The position numbers were made by a program, and so were the translations under genes. Below the pieces are notes generated by a model that was not told the origin of the DNA, searched no databases, and saw only the letters and a program-made list of their open reading frames with translations. From IMG/VR virus record IMGVR_UViG_3300048672_001165, positions 1 to 64,000 of that record: DNA of 64,000 nucleotides, one strand, 5' to 3'. This DNA comes from a virus. Of this stretch, positions 51,371 through 61,330 are shown one piece after another (the stretch's first letter is position 1; each line of letters opens with the position of its first letter).

Positions 51371-52678
51371 TTAAACCGGAGTAGACGCCTTAGAACTCAC
51401 CAGGAACGTCGCGCCGTTATAGTTGCAGCTGATATAGAGGATACCATTGCGAAGCACCTTACGGAAAGCCACAGGCACGTCCACCGCTTGAGTGAGTGTC
51501 TCAGCAATTGGCATCATGTCAGCTAGTCGACTCATGAACCCTTGCGTGTTCAGATTCATGCGGCCAAAGTCCGTACTGGTACTAGGCGCTGTGATCAGAT
51601 CAGGAAACACGTCCGTCAAGTAAAATTTACTGTCACGGTTGTCCGGGTTACCCACTACCCCGACAGCCAAGTACTTGTACGGGTGCACAATCGCATGTGC
51701 TGTATTTTGGATATGAGTTTGATTCAGGGTGGGAAGCACGGCCTTCAAGCGAGTAATCAGCGCACCGAGCTTGATCACGGGCGAGTTGACTCCTGCCGTA
51801 TTGGTCAAAGGGGCTACCGCATAATTAGCCCAGTCAGGAATGAGTAGAAACTCAAGACTTTTAAAGATGTCAGGCAGGTATTGCTGCCACTCCTGAACCG
51901 TATGCGTGCTGTGAGCTGCGATATAGTCCAGCACCGCTTGGCGGATCAAATCTTGATCATTGCCACGAGGACCGTAGATCAGGAAAGACCAATCCGTCGG
52001 TGTGGAAACACTTGGGTTAAGCGTATTGACCAGCGCATAAGTCTGAGATGCCAGCACCGTCTCAGGGTAGCTGCTGCGAGCACTCTGAACCGCGTTGATC
52101 TTGGTAATGAAATTAATAGCATTGACTGCTGTACTGACTGCCGTATAATCACCAAAGAGGTTATCCACAGGCATGGGCGGCACCACGACGATCTCATAGT
52201 CGTCATACTGCACGCGAAACACTGCGTCACTGAACCACAACCTGCACGTCGTGGGCTCGGTAGCATAACTGGAGTCACTCCACGACACATCACTTGGCCA
52301 GAGCTTGCCAGCAGGCCCCACCACCATTTGGCTGACTGCCACGTTAGTGCACGTCGTGCCAAAGTTGGCTGTAAAGTCACTGAGGAAAGCCGTCTTGGTG
52401 TCGGCACCTACCACCGCTTGCTGGCGAGTCTTCACCCAAGCAGCAATAGCGCTCAGTTGAGTGATCATGACGGTGGGTACGGCCATCTTACCAGAGGTGT
52501 CTGAGTTGCTGGTAAACACAAGTACTACAGAAGCACCAGTTTGAGCGTCGCTGTAGCTTTTGATGTCCCTGGCAAACGTCCAAGCGTAGCTGCTGAGTTC
52601 ACCCACAGGTGCTGTTACATCTGCAGCATTATCCGCAAAACCCGGATAGGCCACAAATCCTTTGATTTTGTACGTCAT
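51371..52678 (-). CDS. Virion structural protein (phiKZ gp157-like, 435 aa)
   Basis: Y.IKGF.....DN......GELS, YG..GN..D.IR, PDIF...EF...P.W and DFGRM...TQ motifs; synteny. Confidence 0.65.
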   Translation of the reverse strand: MTYKIKGFVAYPGFADNAADVTAPVGELSSYAWTFARDIKSYSDAQTGASVVLVFTSNSDTSGKMAVPTVMITQLSAIAAWVKTRQQAVVGADTKTAFLSDFTANFGTTCTNVAVSQMVVGPAGKLWPSDVSWSDSSYATEPTTCRLWFSDAVFRVQYDDYEIVVVPPMPVDNLFGDYTAVSTAVNAINFITKINAVQSARSSYPETVLASQTYALVNTLNPSVSTPTDWSFLIYGPRGNDQDLIRQAVLDYIAAHSTHTVQEWQQYLPDIFKSLEFLLIPDWANYAVAPLTNTAGVNSPVIKLGALITRLKAVLPTLNQTHIQNTAHAIVHPYKYLAVGVVGNPDNRDSKFYLTDVFPDLITAPSTSTDFGRMNLNTQGFMSRLADMMPIAETLTQAVDVPVAFRKVLRNGILYISCNYNGATFLVSSKASTPV

Positions 52679-52801
52679 GGTGTCTAACCTTTGCTCTATG
52701 TTGAAACAAAATCTACAGCACTGGTGTTCAAAAGTGCTGTAGGCTATACCATTCTTTTAGGCGATCAAATCTTTATACTCATTTAAAAAGGGATCTTAGC
52801 T

Positions 52802-53266
52802 ATGGCTTTTCCATTTGTCAAGCTGGTGATGGTGCTGGTGAAATATGGCCAAGAGTTATTCCTTGGCCAGCCGCCCGCTCATCAGCGCCGTCGTAAAACG
52901 GATGTACCGTTTAGTCGTTTAGAGTCACTCAAGAAAATATTCATTTGGGCCGGTTCTATCTCAATCATCGGTTGCGTCTATCTAGTCATGCAGCTCTACC
53001 ATGTTTCCAGCAAATACAATAAACTCGTCAACGAGAAAAAAGAAGCAGCAGTTTGTCCTGCATCCGATGATCCAGTTGTCAAAGAAACCCCATCTGTCCC
53101 ACCTGAAACCCCTAGCGCTCCTTTAGAGCCGCCTCAGCGAAAACAAATCCCTGCACTCATCCTACCGCCTACCAGACAAATCCCTAAACCTCAAGAGACA
53201 ACAGATGACGACAACGAACGCCATCAACGACTGCTCAAGCGTTTGCATGAAATTGACAGCCATTAA
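52802..53266 (+). CDS. Putative inner-membrane spanin (i-spanin)
   Basis: Single TM helix, then a helical and Pro-rich region; overlaps a downstream lipoprotein gene. Confidence 0.5.
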   Translation: MAFPFVKLVMVLVKYGQELFLGQPPAHQRRRKTDVPFSRLESLKKIFIWAGSISIIGCVYLVMQLYHVSSKYNKLVNEKKEAAVCPASDDPVVKETPSVPPETPSAPLEPPQRKQIPALILPPTRQIPKPQETTDDDNERHQRLLKRLHEIDSH

Positions 53267-53588
53267 ACTCTCTGTTGCTGCAGTGCTGCTGTGCTTAGGC
53301 TCGTGTAGTTTCACGACCCACATCACCATGCCTGCTCCTGTTATCCAAGAGATCACTCAAGCAGCTAAAAGTAGCACGTGCCCTGTTTACGTGCTACCTC
53401 CTGCAACTGATTTACCACCTGTACCCATTGCACGCATGCAAGGTACTGCCCCTGCAGATATAGATGCCAAGATCAACATTTTGCTTGACGCTTTAAAAGA
53501 AGCTCGCAAAGTGCATCAAGAAAGAGAAGCTACGCTTAAAAGTAGCTACCAGCAGTACTTGGCCATCTGCTCAGCTGCAGCGCAGTAA
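53247..53588 (+). CDS. Lipoprotein, putative o-spanin
   Basis: From the ATG at 53247: signal MKLTAIKLSVAAVLLCLGS-C (lipobox), Pro-rich segment, two further Cys. Confidence 0.6.
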   Translation: MKLTAIKLSVAAVLLCLGSCSFTTHITMPAPVIQEITQAAKSSTCPVYVLPPATDLPPVPIARMQGTAPADIDAKINILLDALKEARKVHQEREATLKSSYQQYLAICSAAAQ

Positions 53589-53615
53589 AAAGAAACCACA
53601 TATCACCATCTTGTG
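53581..53615 (+). promoter_or_regulatory. Early promoter, CGCA-N14-CATATCAC-N5-TG
   Basis: Conserved spacing, upstream of RNase H. Confidence 0.6.
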
Positions 53616-53659
53616 TCTGCGACAAAAAAGCTCAACCCCTTTTCACTTTTTGAATACCT

Positions 53660-55144
53660 ATGGCTAAAAAAGAAAAACCTGTTGAAGACCTTAATCCTAC
53701 AGGTCTGGTCTACTACACCGATGGTGGTGCGCGTTGGGGTCCTAAGGGCTCTAATCCAGGATACGCTGGATACGGCATCCATGGCTATTCCTACAACTAT
53801 GGTGAAATCAAAAAAGGAATTGGCCTCTCAGGTGTGATTACCACTGAAACTGGCTACAGTACCAAGTCGGGTGATAAGGCACAAGTCAAACCACTACACT
53901 ACGTGGATGGCTACGGCACGCTTGAAGGTTTTCAGTCTAATAACGCTGCTGAGATCCAAGCAGCCACCATGGCTTTAGCGCATGCTAAAGAGTACCGACT
54001 TGACCACCAAGATGTCAAACAAATCAATATCATCACAGATAGCCGTGGTGTAGTTGATGCTGGTAATCAGTGGCTGAGCAAGTGGAAGTCTAATAACTGG
54101 ATCAAGTCGGATGGCACACCAGTCAAGGGTCAGGAGTGGTGGAAGCTGCTGAGTTCTGAGCTGGATAACCACAAGTCTAACGGTGTTCAAGTCAATTTTG
54201 TTTGGGTCAAAGGTCACTCAGGTGAAGTCGGCAATGAACAAGCTGATCAACTGGCGACGCTGGCAGTCACTAAGAATAAAGAAGGTGACCGAGGCCACAC
54301 GATCAAAGAAACTCCTCTAGAAAAGTACTGGAGCGAGACTTACCAAAAACATCCGCTCATCACGCAAAGAGCCATGTACTTTGTGACCGATGGAGCGACT
54401 CTAAAACCAGGTTGCTACTACCTAGGCAACCATGGTAAAGATGACGACATGATTGGTACACGTATTCCTGATGGTTACTACAGCTATGTCGAACTGGCAG
54501 AGACTGAACCCATCATGGAGATTCTCATCAAGAGACAGATGGAACTCACCTGCCCTGAGATCAGAATCATTGTGGTCAACTTAGTCAAGCTGCTGAGTCA
54601 AAACGTAGCCAGCAAGGTGGTTCAATATGGACCGCAATGTTTCTTGAAAGATAATCCAAGGCGCTATGACTTGGTCTTTCTAGACGACGAACGTATTGCT
54701 AAAGAAATGGACCCACCCATTCAAGCGTGGCAAGCGGTAGAAGCTTTGAATATTGTCAAGACCATCTTCAACAGCATCCAGACCAGTGATCCAGCGTATA
54801 TCCTTTACGACATCACACCTCGCCTGTACGCACAAAACGAGAAAAACAAAACAGTTTTGAAGCCTGAGTTTGGTACGGGCTACTGTGAAATGAAAGTCGA
54901 CATTGAACCTCCTCAAGGGTTTGATGCTAAGCCCATCAAGCTCATCTTCGGCGTCGACCTGCCTGCCAGAAATTCTCTGAAGCGAATGGAAGACCTAGAG
55001 CCAAGTGTTAAGCTGGTGGTTTGGATAGAGGGAGCAGGAATCGTTCGGTTTGCCACGTACGTAGAAACAAAGACAGGCAAAGGCTTGTTTGTGTCCTACT
55101 ACAGCAACCGAGTTGTTCTCAAACCGACAGCCCAAGCAAAGTGA
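53660..55144 (+). CDS. rnhA: Ribonuclease HI with C-terminal extension (phiKZ gp155-like)
   Basis: YTDGG, NNAAEI, ITDS, W..NNW...G.PV and WVKGHSG..GNE.AD.LA motifs. Confidence 0.9.
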   Translation: MAKKEKPVEDLNPTGLVYYTDGGARWGPKGSNPGYAGYGIHGYSYNYGEIKKGIGLSGVITTETGYSTKSGDKAQVKPLHYVDGYGTLEGFQSNNAAEIQAATMALAHAKEYRLDHQDVKQINIITDSRGVVDAGNQWLSKWKSNNWIKSDGTPVKGQEWWKLLSSELDNHKSNGVQVNFVWVKGHSGEVGNEQADQLATLAVTKNKEGDRGHTIKETPLEKYWSETYQKHPLITQRAMYFVTDGATLKPGCYYLGNHGKDDDMIGTRIPDGYYSYVELAETEPIMEILIKRQMELTCPEIRIIVVNLVKLLSQNVASKVVQYGPQCFLKDNPRRYDLVFLDDERIAKEMDPPIQAWQAVEALNIVKTIFNSIQTSDPAYILYDITPRLYAQNEKNKTVLKPEFGTGYCEMKVDIEPPQGFDAKPIKLIFGVDLPARNSLKRMEDLEPSVKLVVWIEGAGIVRFATYVETKTGKGLFVSYYSNRVVLKPTAQAK

Positions 55145-55388
55145 TTGTTCTCACAGCTCGCTTCAAAGCGTGAGTTAAAAGAGGCCCTTTCTACGGGAAG
55201 AGTCTCTTTTTTCTTTTTATGTTTGTGAGCTGTGGGTAGTGTGCGCTACTCCACCGAAGGCGAAAAAAGGAGGCTCGTGCGCGCTGCAACCAGTCTTTGT
55301 ATTTCGGGCTCTCGTAAGAGTGCCGATCTCCCAACCAAACTACCGGTGCTTTTACTTTCTTCTCTTTTGTAAGCGAGTAAGTCTAATC

Positions 55389-55787
55389 ATGAATCTTGAT
55401 GCATTTGCCATGAGAAATAGCCGGTGGCTGAAGATCATTTTTTCAATGCTGCCGAGCTGGATCATTCGCTACACGTTTCTAGCGTCCCTAGCGGCTGCTA
55501 CGCGTGCTGTCAACCTAGAAGATAAACAAGCCAGAGCCAGTTTGAATGACATCTTGCACCTCGTCAATAAAGACGAGTCACTCAGTGCTGTAGCCATGGT
55601 GTCTAATACGGTGTGGTCGTGTTCTGACATAGCACCTGCTGACTTAGGCGAAGAAGAACTTCGTGGTCAGGTAGAACGCTTGGTAGAACGCACCCCAGAT
55701 TGGGCTCGCTATGACGAACCCCAGGTGATGGTCAGAGATGCGCTGGCGATGTTTGAGTTCTCTCGCCACGCTCCACTGTCAAACTGA
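55389..55787 (+). CDS. Hypothetical protein (~132 aa)
   Basis: Likely start ATG at 55389 rather than 55239; the upstream part is structured non-coding sequence. Confidence 0.6.
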   Translation: MNLDAFAMRNSRWLKIIFSMLPSWIIRYTFLASLAAATRAVNLEDKQARASLNDILHLVNKDESLSAVAMVSNTVWSCSDIAPADLGEEELRGQVERLVERTPDWARYDEPQVMVRDALAMFEFSRHAPLSN

Positions 55788-55920
55788 TTTAAAACCACTA
55801 AGCTTTTCAGCAGGAAAAAACTACTTCTTCCTGCTGAAAAACTCTTTTTTCTTTTATGCCGTCTTTTTCATAAGACACACCCATGTGGTGTGATACTAAC
55901 TTCTTTGAGTATAAACCACC

Positions 55921-56181
55921 ATGACTGTCAACATCCCTCTAACGGTGTATTTAGCTACACTAGACAACATTGCTGAAGTAGGTAACATCCATTCTAAAAT
56001 CAAGACAGATGAAACTGGGATTATTCCAGAAGAGATCATCACGACCATTTACGATAAAGCACATGGTCAGTTCACTTTTGAGAGTGACACCTATGGCCCT
56101 TACGTGATCGACTCTACGAAGCATGTGATACTGCCTGAAAAAGATTGGTATACGCTTAGCGAGCTGTCGTTGAGGTTTTAA
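55921..56181 (+). CDS. Hypothetical protein (86 aa)
   Basis: First of three tightly packed AT-rich ORFs. Confidence 0.6.
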   Translation: MTVNIPLTVYLATLDNIAEVGNIHSKIKTDETGIIPEEIITTIYDKAHGQFTFESDTYGPYVIDSTKHVILPEKDWYTLSELSLRF

Positions 56182-56183
56182 AA

Positions 56184-56513
56184 ATGCCTCAAGAAGATAT
56201 TGTCAGAGTAGAGTTTGTAGACTTGATGAATCACTTGCAGTCTGCAGCTCAGTGTGTGAGGTTTCCTATACAGGTACAGCATCACATCCTAAGTCCTAGA
56301 ACTGCCATGGTGATCATCAAGACCAAAGATCCTATTTACCTCAGAGAGTTGCAACGTATCTTTGATCAAGTCCACCACAATTGGCTAGTGACCTCACGGG
56401 GGGTTTCTGGTATCTATAAACACCACAGGTCTTACGTGGTGGGTGTCAAGTCTTTTTTCTTTGTGTACGTACAAGCTCATAGCGAAGGCGCATGGATCAA
56501 CATCAAAGTGTAG
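56184..56513 (+). CDS. Hypothetical protein (109 aa)
   Basis: GAGG RBS; tight packing. Confidence 0.6.
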   Translation: MPQEDIVRVEFVDLMNHLQSAAQCVRFPIQVQHHILSPRTAMVIIKTKDPIYLRELQRIFDQVHHNWLVTSRGVSGIYKHHRSYVVGVKSFFFVYVQAHSEGAWINIKV

Positions 56514-56854
56514 TTAAAAAGTTGGTTGACAGAGCAGTATTTGCTCAACTGAGCTTTAACCAAATATGGGACATTTTAGAGCGACTCAGCCAAGTGTCTA
56601 TCTTGTTAATGGACATTACGCCAACGGTTTACATGAGAGATAACATCAAAGAAAATAAACTCTGCTCTGAGTCGTTAGTCCTCATGAAAGAGCTAGAGCA
56701 GCTGTTTCTTCGGTATAAAGGTACAGTCAAATTACACCGTCATGGAAGGTGTATAAAGTTGACCTATAAAGACGTACCAACTGATTTGATTGACGTGCAT
56801 AAAGGCTTTCTAGACAGAGCAGCCCGTTTGATTAAACGGCATAGAACGCTTTAA
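56492..56854 (+). CDS. Hypothetical protein (120 aa)
   Basis: Overlaps the previous ORF; ends at a bidirectional terminator. Confidence 0.55.
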   Translation: MDQHQSVVKKLVDRAVFAQLSFNQIWDILERLSQVSILLMDITPTVYMRDNIKENKLCSESLVLMKELEQLFLRYKGTVKLHRHGRCIKLTYKDVPTDLIDVHKGFLDRAARLIKRHRTL

Positions 56855-56855
56855 A

Positions 56856-56896
56856 GCGGCATAAAAGGCAGGCCTAGACGCCTGCTCATTATGCCG
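56856..56896. repeat. REP-like element GCGGCATAAAA-GGCAGGC-CTAGAC-GCCTGC-TTATGCCG
   Basis: Near-identical copies at 19140 and 62067. Confidence 0.75.
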
Positions 56897-56911
56897 TCTT
56901 TTGTCAGGGGA

Positions 56912-57757
56912 TTAACCCATCACGTCTTCCACACTAGAAATGGTGGAATCAATCGCGCTGATGCAAGCCAGCACCAGATAGTAGATGGTCGCAAACATCT
57001 CCAGCTCGCGTGCCACGGAGTGTGCATGCGCTGCCAGCCGGTTAGCAGCTTCTTGAGAAAACTTGCGGTCTTTATTAGTCTTGAGTTCTTCCAGAATGAT
57101 TTTGACATAGTCGTTGCATTCTTGAACCAGACTGGAAATGGTATCTCGGTTAACCGAGTTGAGGTTGGTAGAAACTTCATTAATCAGCTTGAACACCATC
57201 GGCCAGTCATTGTTGCGCTGCACGACCTTGTTATATGTCGTGACGCCTCCAAAGGTGTCTTTACCGTAGCAATGCTGCAGCTTAGCGTAGAAGTCTTTAC
57301 GAACCTTTTCTTGTAGATCGGTATCGCGCTTATCCACATTGGCAGACAAACTAAACTGGTGATCGGAAACAAACTGAGCTAAGAACTGCGTGTAGGGCTG
57401 AAGCATGTTCGGAATGAGCATCTTCAGGTGCAAGCTCAAAGGCTGCAGCACATGCAGCAGCTCCAGATAAGGTTTCACAATCCCTTCGGGGCGAAATGCC
57501 CGAATAGAGCCCATGCTGGTATAGGGCATCTTTTCTACCAGTTTCAAAAACTTCTTCTGGTCAGACTTGAGGTCTTGGATCTCCACGCCCCCGATCATGT
57601 CATCGGCAAAACGAAAGATGCTTTGCACCTGTTCGACCATGCTCTTGAACATGCCAGATGCATTGAACTTAAAGAAGTCTTCTTGAGCCAGCGCAGAAGC
57701 GCCCAGCTGCGTGAGTCGAATGAGTTGGTCTTGTTGGTTGTCAGTCAGTACGGTCAT
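56912..57757 (-). CDS. Internal head protein (phiKZ gp153-like, 281 aa)
   Basis: N-terminal propeptide ending AQE; F.PEG...Y motif; divergent from uvsX. Confidence 0.6.
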   Translation of the reverse strand: MTVLTDNQQDQLIRLTQLGASALAQEDFFKFNASGMFKSMVEQVQSIFRFADDMIGGVEIQDLKSDQKKFLKLVEKMPYTSMGSIRAFRPEGIVKPYLELLHVLQPLSLHLKMLIPNMLQPYTQFLAQFVSDHQFSLSANVDKRDTDLQEKVRKDFYAKLQHCYGKDTFGGVTTYNKVVQRNNDWPMVFKLINEVSTNLNSVNRDTISSLVQECNDYVKIILEELKTNKDRKFSQEAANRLAAHAHSVARELEMFATIYYLVLACISAIDSTISSVEDVMG

Positions 57758-57904
57758 GATTTCTCAGCCACCTTAAAAAGAAGAAAAAATGAAAAGAGGA
57801 TCAAGAAATGGACGTATGCAAAAATAGAATGTCCACAGATTCTTTGAACAAAGCCCATGACAGCCATGTCGTGCCACTACTGTCATTCACGGAAGACTCA
57901 AACC

Positions 57905-59335
57905 ATGCAAATCGACTTTAGCATCCTGCCTCAGACAGAAGAGGCCCCTTTGATTACCCCTATGTTCAACGTTGGTTGCTTGTTTGATATTGCAACTGGT
58001 CGTTTCATTCGTGGTATTCATGGTGAGCATATTCTCAGTGGCGGCGCAGGTGCTGTCACTGGGTTTGTGGGTATTGCTAATACGTATAAAACCACTTGTG
58101 CTGAGTATATGCAGCTCACCATTGGTGCGCGTTTCCCCTACGCCATCATGGACAAGCACTGTACAGAACTCAGTGCACAAGTCGAGCGTTCTCGCCACCT
58201 TGCAAGTCAGATCCCTGAGTACCTTGGAGAAGACCCGACCAGCTACGGTACCAGCCGCTGGAAGCTCACCAACCAAGCACAGTACTGGGGCAATGAGTGG
58301 TTTAAAGATAAGCGCATTTGGCTTTCAGCCAAAGCAGATAACCGAATGAAGTTTTCGTTCACGTCGCCTTTCCCAGGTAAGGACGAAAAACCCATGAAGA
58401 TGATGTACCCGACCAGCTCTTTGGTAGACTCTCTGACTCGGTTTGAAACTGAATCGGTCAGTGAGATGGATGAGAAAGCTGAGCTGGGTGACTCTGCAGC
58501 CAATACGCTGTACATGAAAGCAGGTCAGGCCAAAGCTCGCATGGTGGGCGCTTTGCCTCGTCTTTCTGTCGACGCAGGTCATCTGTTTTTCCTGACGGCG
58601 CACGTGGGTAAGCTCATTGGTATGGACCCTTATGCTGGTCCGACCCGTAAGCTAACAACTTTGAAGAACGGCGACGTCATCAAGGGTGTGACTGATAACT
58701 TCCTCTTCCTGACCACTCAGTGCTGGCAAACGTATAACGCAGGCCCTTTGATTAACCAAACTACTAAAGCTCCTGAGTATCCTCGTAATACGGACGACAA
58801 CGTCTCAGGTGATACTGATCTGGTGCTGCTCACACTCAATCTGCTGCGTAACAAGTCAGGTCCTTCTGGCCTCATGATGAATATTATCGTGTCCCAAGAA
58901 GACGGCTTGCAGCCTTCTTTGAGTGAGTTCCATTACTGCAAAATCAATGACCGCTGGGGTCTTGGTGGTAACGATAAGAACTACTACCTTGAACTGATGC
59001 CAGAAGAAAAGCTGAGCCGCACGACAGTGCGAGGTAAACTGGATAAGAACGCTGCGCTTCGCCGTGCTATGAATATCACATCTGAGATGCTTCAGATGAA
59101 AATGCTGTGGGATAATATCCCAGCAGGCTACATGTGTACGCCCTTAGAGCTGTACACTGATCTCAAAGCCAAGGGTTACGATTGGGGTAAAATCCTCAAT
59201 AATACCCGAGGCTGGTGGACAGCTGAGCAAGATGATCACCCGCTCAAGTTCTTGTCTACCATGGATCTACTGGCCATGCGTGCTGGCGTTTACCAGCCGT
59301 ACTGGGACCCGCAAGACAAGCTGCTCAAAGTTTAA
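57905..59335 (+). CDS. uvsX: UvsX/RecA-like recombinase (phiKZ gp152-like)
   Basis: NVGCLFDIATG, Walker A GIANTYKT, VDSLT, TAHVG and RNKSGPSG motifs. Probable start ATG at 57905. Confidence 0.88.
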   Translation: MQIDFSILPQTEEAPLITPMFNVGCLFDIATGRFIRGIHGEHILSGGAGAVTGFVGIANTYKTTCAEYMQLTIGARFPYAIMDKHCTELSAQVERSRHLASQIPEYLGEDPTSYGTSRWKLTNQAQYWGNEWFKDKRIWLSAKADNRMKFSFTSPFPGKDEKPMKMMYPTSSLVDSLTRFETESVSEMDEKAELGDSAANTLYMKAGQAKARMVGALPRLSVDAGHLFFLTAHVGKLIGMDPYAGPTRKLTTLKNGDVIKGVTDNFLFLTTQCWQTYNAGPLINQTTKAPEYPRNTDDNVSGDTDLVLLTLNLLRNKSGPSGLMMNIIVSQEDGLQPSLSEFHYCKINDRWGLGGNDKNYYLELMPEEKLSRTTVRGKLDKNAALRRAMNITSEMLQMKMLWDNIPAGYMCTPLELYTDLKAKGYDWGKILNNTRGWWTAEQDDHPLKFLSTMDLLAMRAGVYQPYWDPQDKLLKV

Positions 59336-59423
59336 AGACATTTCCATTATGAGGTCAACTGCTGGTGAGGACAGCTGACCTTTTCCTTTTTCCTCCTCCC
59401 AATTCACACACCAAGGTATCCAC

Positions 59424-60026
59424 ATGCGTTTTCTCAAAGTCCTCATGGCAGCCATGCTGCTGATCGTCGGTGTCGTCTTCGGCGCACATGCCCAAGCAGC
59501 ACCCTTCGGCCTGATGGCCAACCCGACCTTCCTGCCCAACAACCCGCTGGTCACCGTCAAGGCCGGCTACCTGCAGCCGATCCCGAGCTGGCAAGGCAGC
59601 GGCAAGGCCAACGTCGGCCTCTACCCGGTGATCGACGGCCTCTACATCGGCCAAGCGGCCGGCACCATCTCCGGCTCGGCCAGCATGCTGCCCTATGCTG
59701 CCAACCCGAGTGTGACCCAAGTCGTGGCCGTGCCGACCAGCTGCCCTCAGCAACGTGTCGATGTGACCTTCGCCTTCATCGGCGGCCCGGTCTGGAGCCT
59801 GGCGCAAGACGCTTTCAAGATCACGGTGAGCAACAGCGTGCAGCGTTACAGCTGGATCACGGCGCCGGCCAAGACGGCAGGCCCTGACCAAGTCTACAAC
59901 TACCTGCTCAACCTGCCGGTGGGCAAGACCTACATGGTCAGCCTGGGCAGCGCCATGAGCTACAAGGCCAACACGCCTGCTCCGGCTGGTATCCAGGTGA
60001 AGTACTTCCAGATCACATGCATCTGA
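59424..60026 (+). CDS. Secreted/periplasmic beta-rich protein (200 aa)
   Basis: Sec signal peptide ending AHAQA, two Cys, capsid-like codon bias, flanked by terminators. Confidence 0.75.
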   Translation: MRFLKVLMAAMLLIVGVVFGAHAQAAPFGLMANPTFLPNNPLVTVKAGYLQPIPSWQGSGKANVGLYPVIDGLYIGQAAGTISGSASMLPYAANPSVTQVVAVPTSCPQQRVDVTFAFIGGPVWSLAQDAFKITVSNSVQRYSWITAPAKTAGPDQVYNYLLNLPVGKTYMVSLGSAMSYKANTPAPAGIQVKYFQITCI

Positions 60027-60049
60027 CTCGTCTACTCTAGGTAAGAGAC

Positions 60050-60086
60050 ATGCTGGTGCTTAAATATAGAAAGCACCAGCATTTTA
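60050..60086 (+). terminator. Intrinsic terminator
   Basis: ATGCTGGTGCTT/AAGCACCAGCAT stem plus T-tract. Confidence 0.7.
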
Positions 60087-60152
60087 TAGTTTAGCATTAT
60101 CACACCCCTTCCAACCGTTTTCAACGTGCTTCTTTAAGAGGTTAAATCCATC

Positions 60153-60512
60153 ATGCTCTCGCAACAAGAACTTTTTCGTGCTCGTCTGCCGGGCGAAATC
60201 GATATCGTGGATGAGGTCACTCGCATGTTTCGTGACCGAGGCCACACGCATCCCGACTTCTGGGTCGACCCGCTGAGCCACAGCATCCGCGCCAACGTGC
60301 GTACGCTCAACTGGCGCCTGCAGATGAAAGCCATCTGCGACTTCTTTGTGCTCAAGATCGGCACCCATGGCCTGGTCAACGGCGAAGACACTCGCACCGT
60401 GCGTGCGTTCGGCCTGATCACGTCTGAAGAGTCTGAAGTCGGTCAAGTCCTGGCTGGCTGGGACAAGTCGCTCGTGATGTACATGGTCGACCGCAACGTG
60501 AGCGTGTACTAA
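60153..60512 (+). CDS. Hypothetical protein (119 aa)
   Basis: GAGG RBS; strong C/G-ending codon bias. Confidence 0.7.
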   Translation: MLSQQELFRARLPGEIDIVDEVTRMFRDRGHTHPDFWVDPLSHSIRANVRTLNWRLQMKAICDFFVLKIGTHGLVNGEDTRTVRAFGLITSEESEVGQVLAGWDKSLVMYMVDRNVSVY

Positions 60513-60646
60513 TACACGCTTGCTGGCGCAGCAAGAACTACCTAGTGCTTTTCTGAGTAAAAGCCTAGGTAGTCATCTTTTTTCTTTTATGCCGTCTATG
60601 GTTTGAGACTGATTTTTTCTATTCACATTTTAAGGATAAAACGACC

Positions 60647-61330
60647 ATGGCCAAACTAGGCAACCGAAAAGCAGCTGAAGCTATCATCATGAAGTGGATT
60701 CCTCAGATCATCCCGAATGGGGTGAACGAGACAATCTACAAAGAAAAGCTAGCTGCTTTAACCGATGAAGAGTTTCACAACCTCATGCTCACACTCAAAG
60801 CAGGAGGCACTCTTCCCATCTATACACCTAACTACAACGATACTCGAATCAATACCAAGCACCTGTTCAGGTTAGCCAAGACCATGGGTGTGCAGCTCTT
60901 TCACCGCATCCAAGTGCCTGAGTCTGAAACGAATCGCCCTTACCTGACACCTCGTAAATACTTGGTGGTGAGGCTGCCTTACCGACGAGCGGCTCAGCTG
61001 CTTGTCAAAAAGATCAGCATCCCTGCAGACAACAACTCTGTTGACTTCTATACAGGTCAAGTCACCGGCTCCAGTAAAGGCGCTTCCATTTCTCTGCCTG
61101 AGCTGCGCATGCTCTCAGCCATGAATCTGTCCCACTCTGTTGTGGAACTAGAGAAATACAGAGGCGGTGATGAGGGTGGTTTCAGAGCGATGAACTACAC
61201 GCTCCACCAGCAGGGTCGAGTCTCCATGAAAGAAATCAGTCAATTTGCCTCTGGTGTGCGTTCCACCTGGACACTGAAGCAATTCCTCAACGCGGCCCAC
61301 CTGAAGAACACCTTAACCGATAAAGCATGA
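60647..61330 (+). CDS. Virion RNA polymerase beta subunit, C-terminal part (phiKZ gp149-like)
   Basis: LP.RR..Q.L.KKISIP..N..VD..TGQVTG.SKGASIS.PE and E..KYRGGD; corresponds to the beta C-terminal GGQRFGEME region; synteny near uvsX. Confidence 0.8.
   Translation: MAKLGNRKAAEAIIMKWIPQIIPNGVNETIYKEKLAALTDEEFHNLMLTLKAGGTLPIYTPNYNDTRINTKHLFRLAKTMGVQLFHRIQVPESETNRPYLTPRKYLVVRLPYRRAAQLLVKKISIPADNNSVDFYTGQVTGSSKGASISLPELRMLSAMNLSHSVVELEKYRGGDEGGFRAMNYTLHQQGRVSMKEISQFASGVRSTWTLKQFLNAAHLKNTLTDKA

Noticed and set aside
55250-55275. Glycine riboswitch-like CACCGAAGG
   Set aside because: The other conserved aptamer elements (GGAGA, CTCTCAGG) are absent.
55239-55388. N-terminal extension of the 182-aa ORF
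   Set aside because: GTG start lies inside structured, T-rich intergenic sequence with no RBS; the ATG at 55389 is more plausible.
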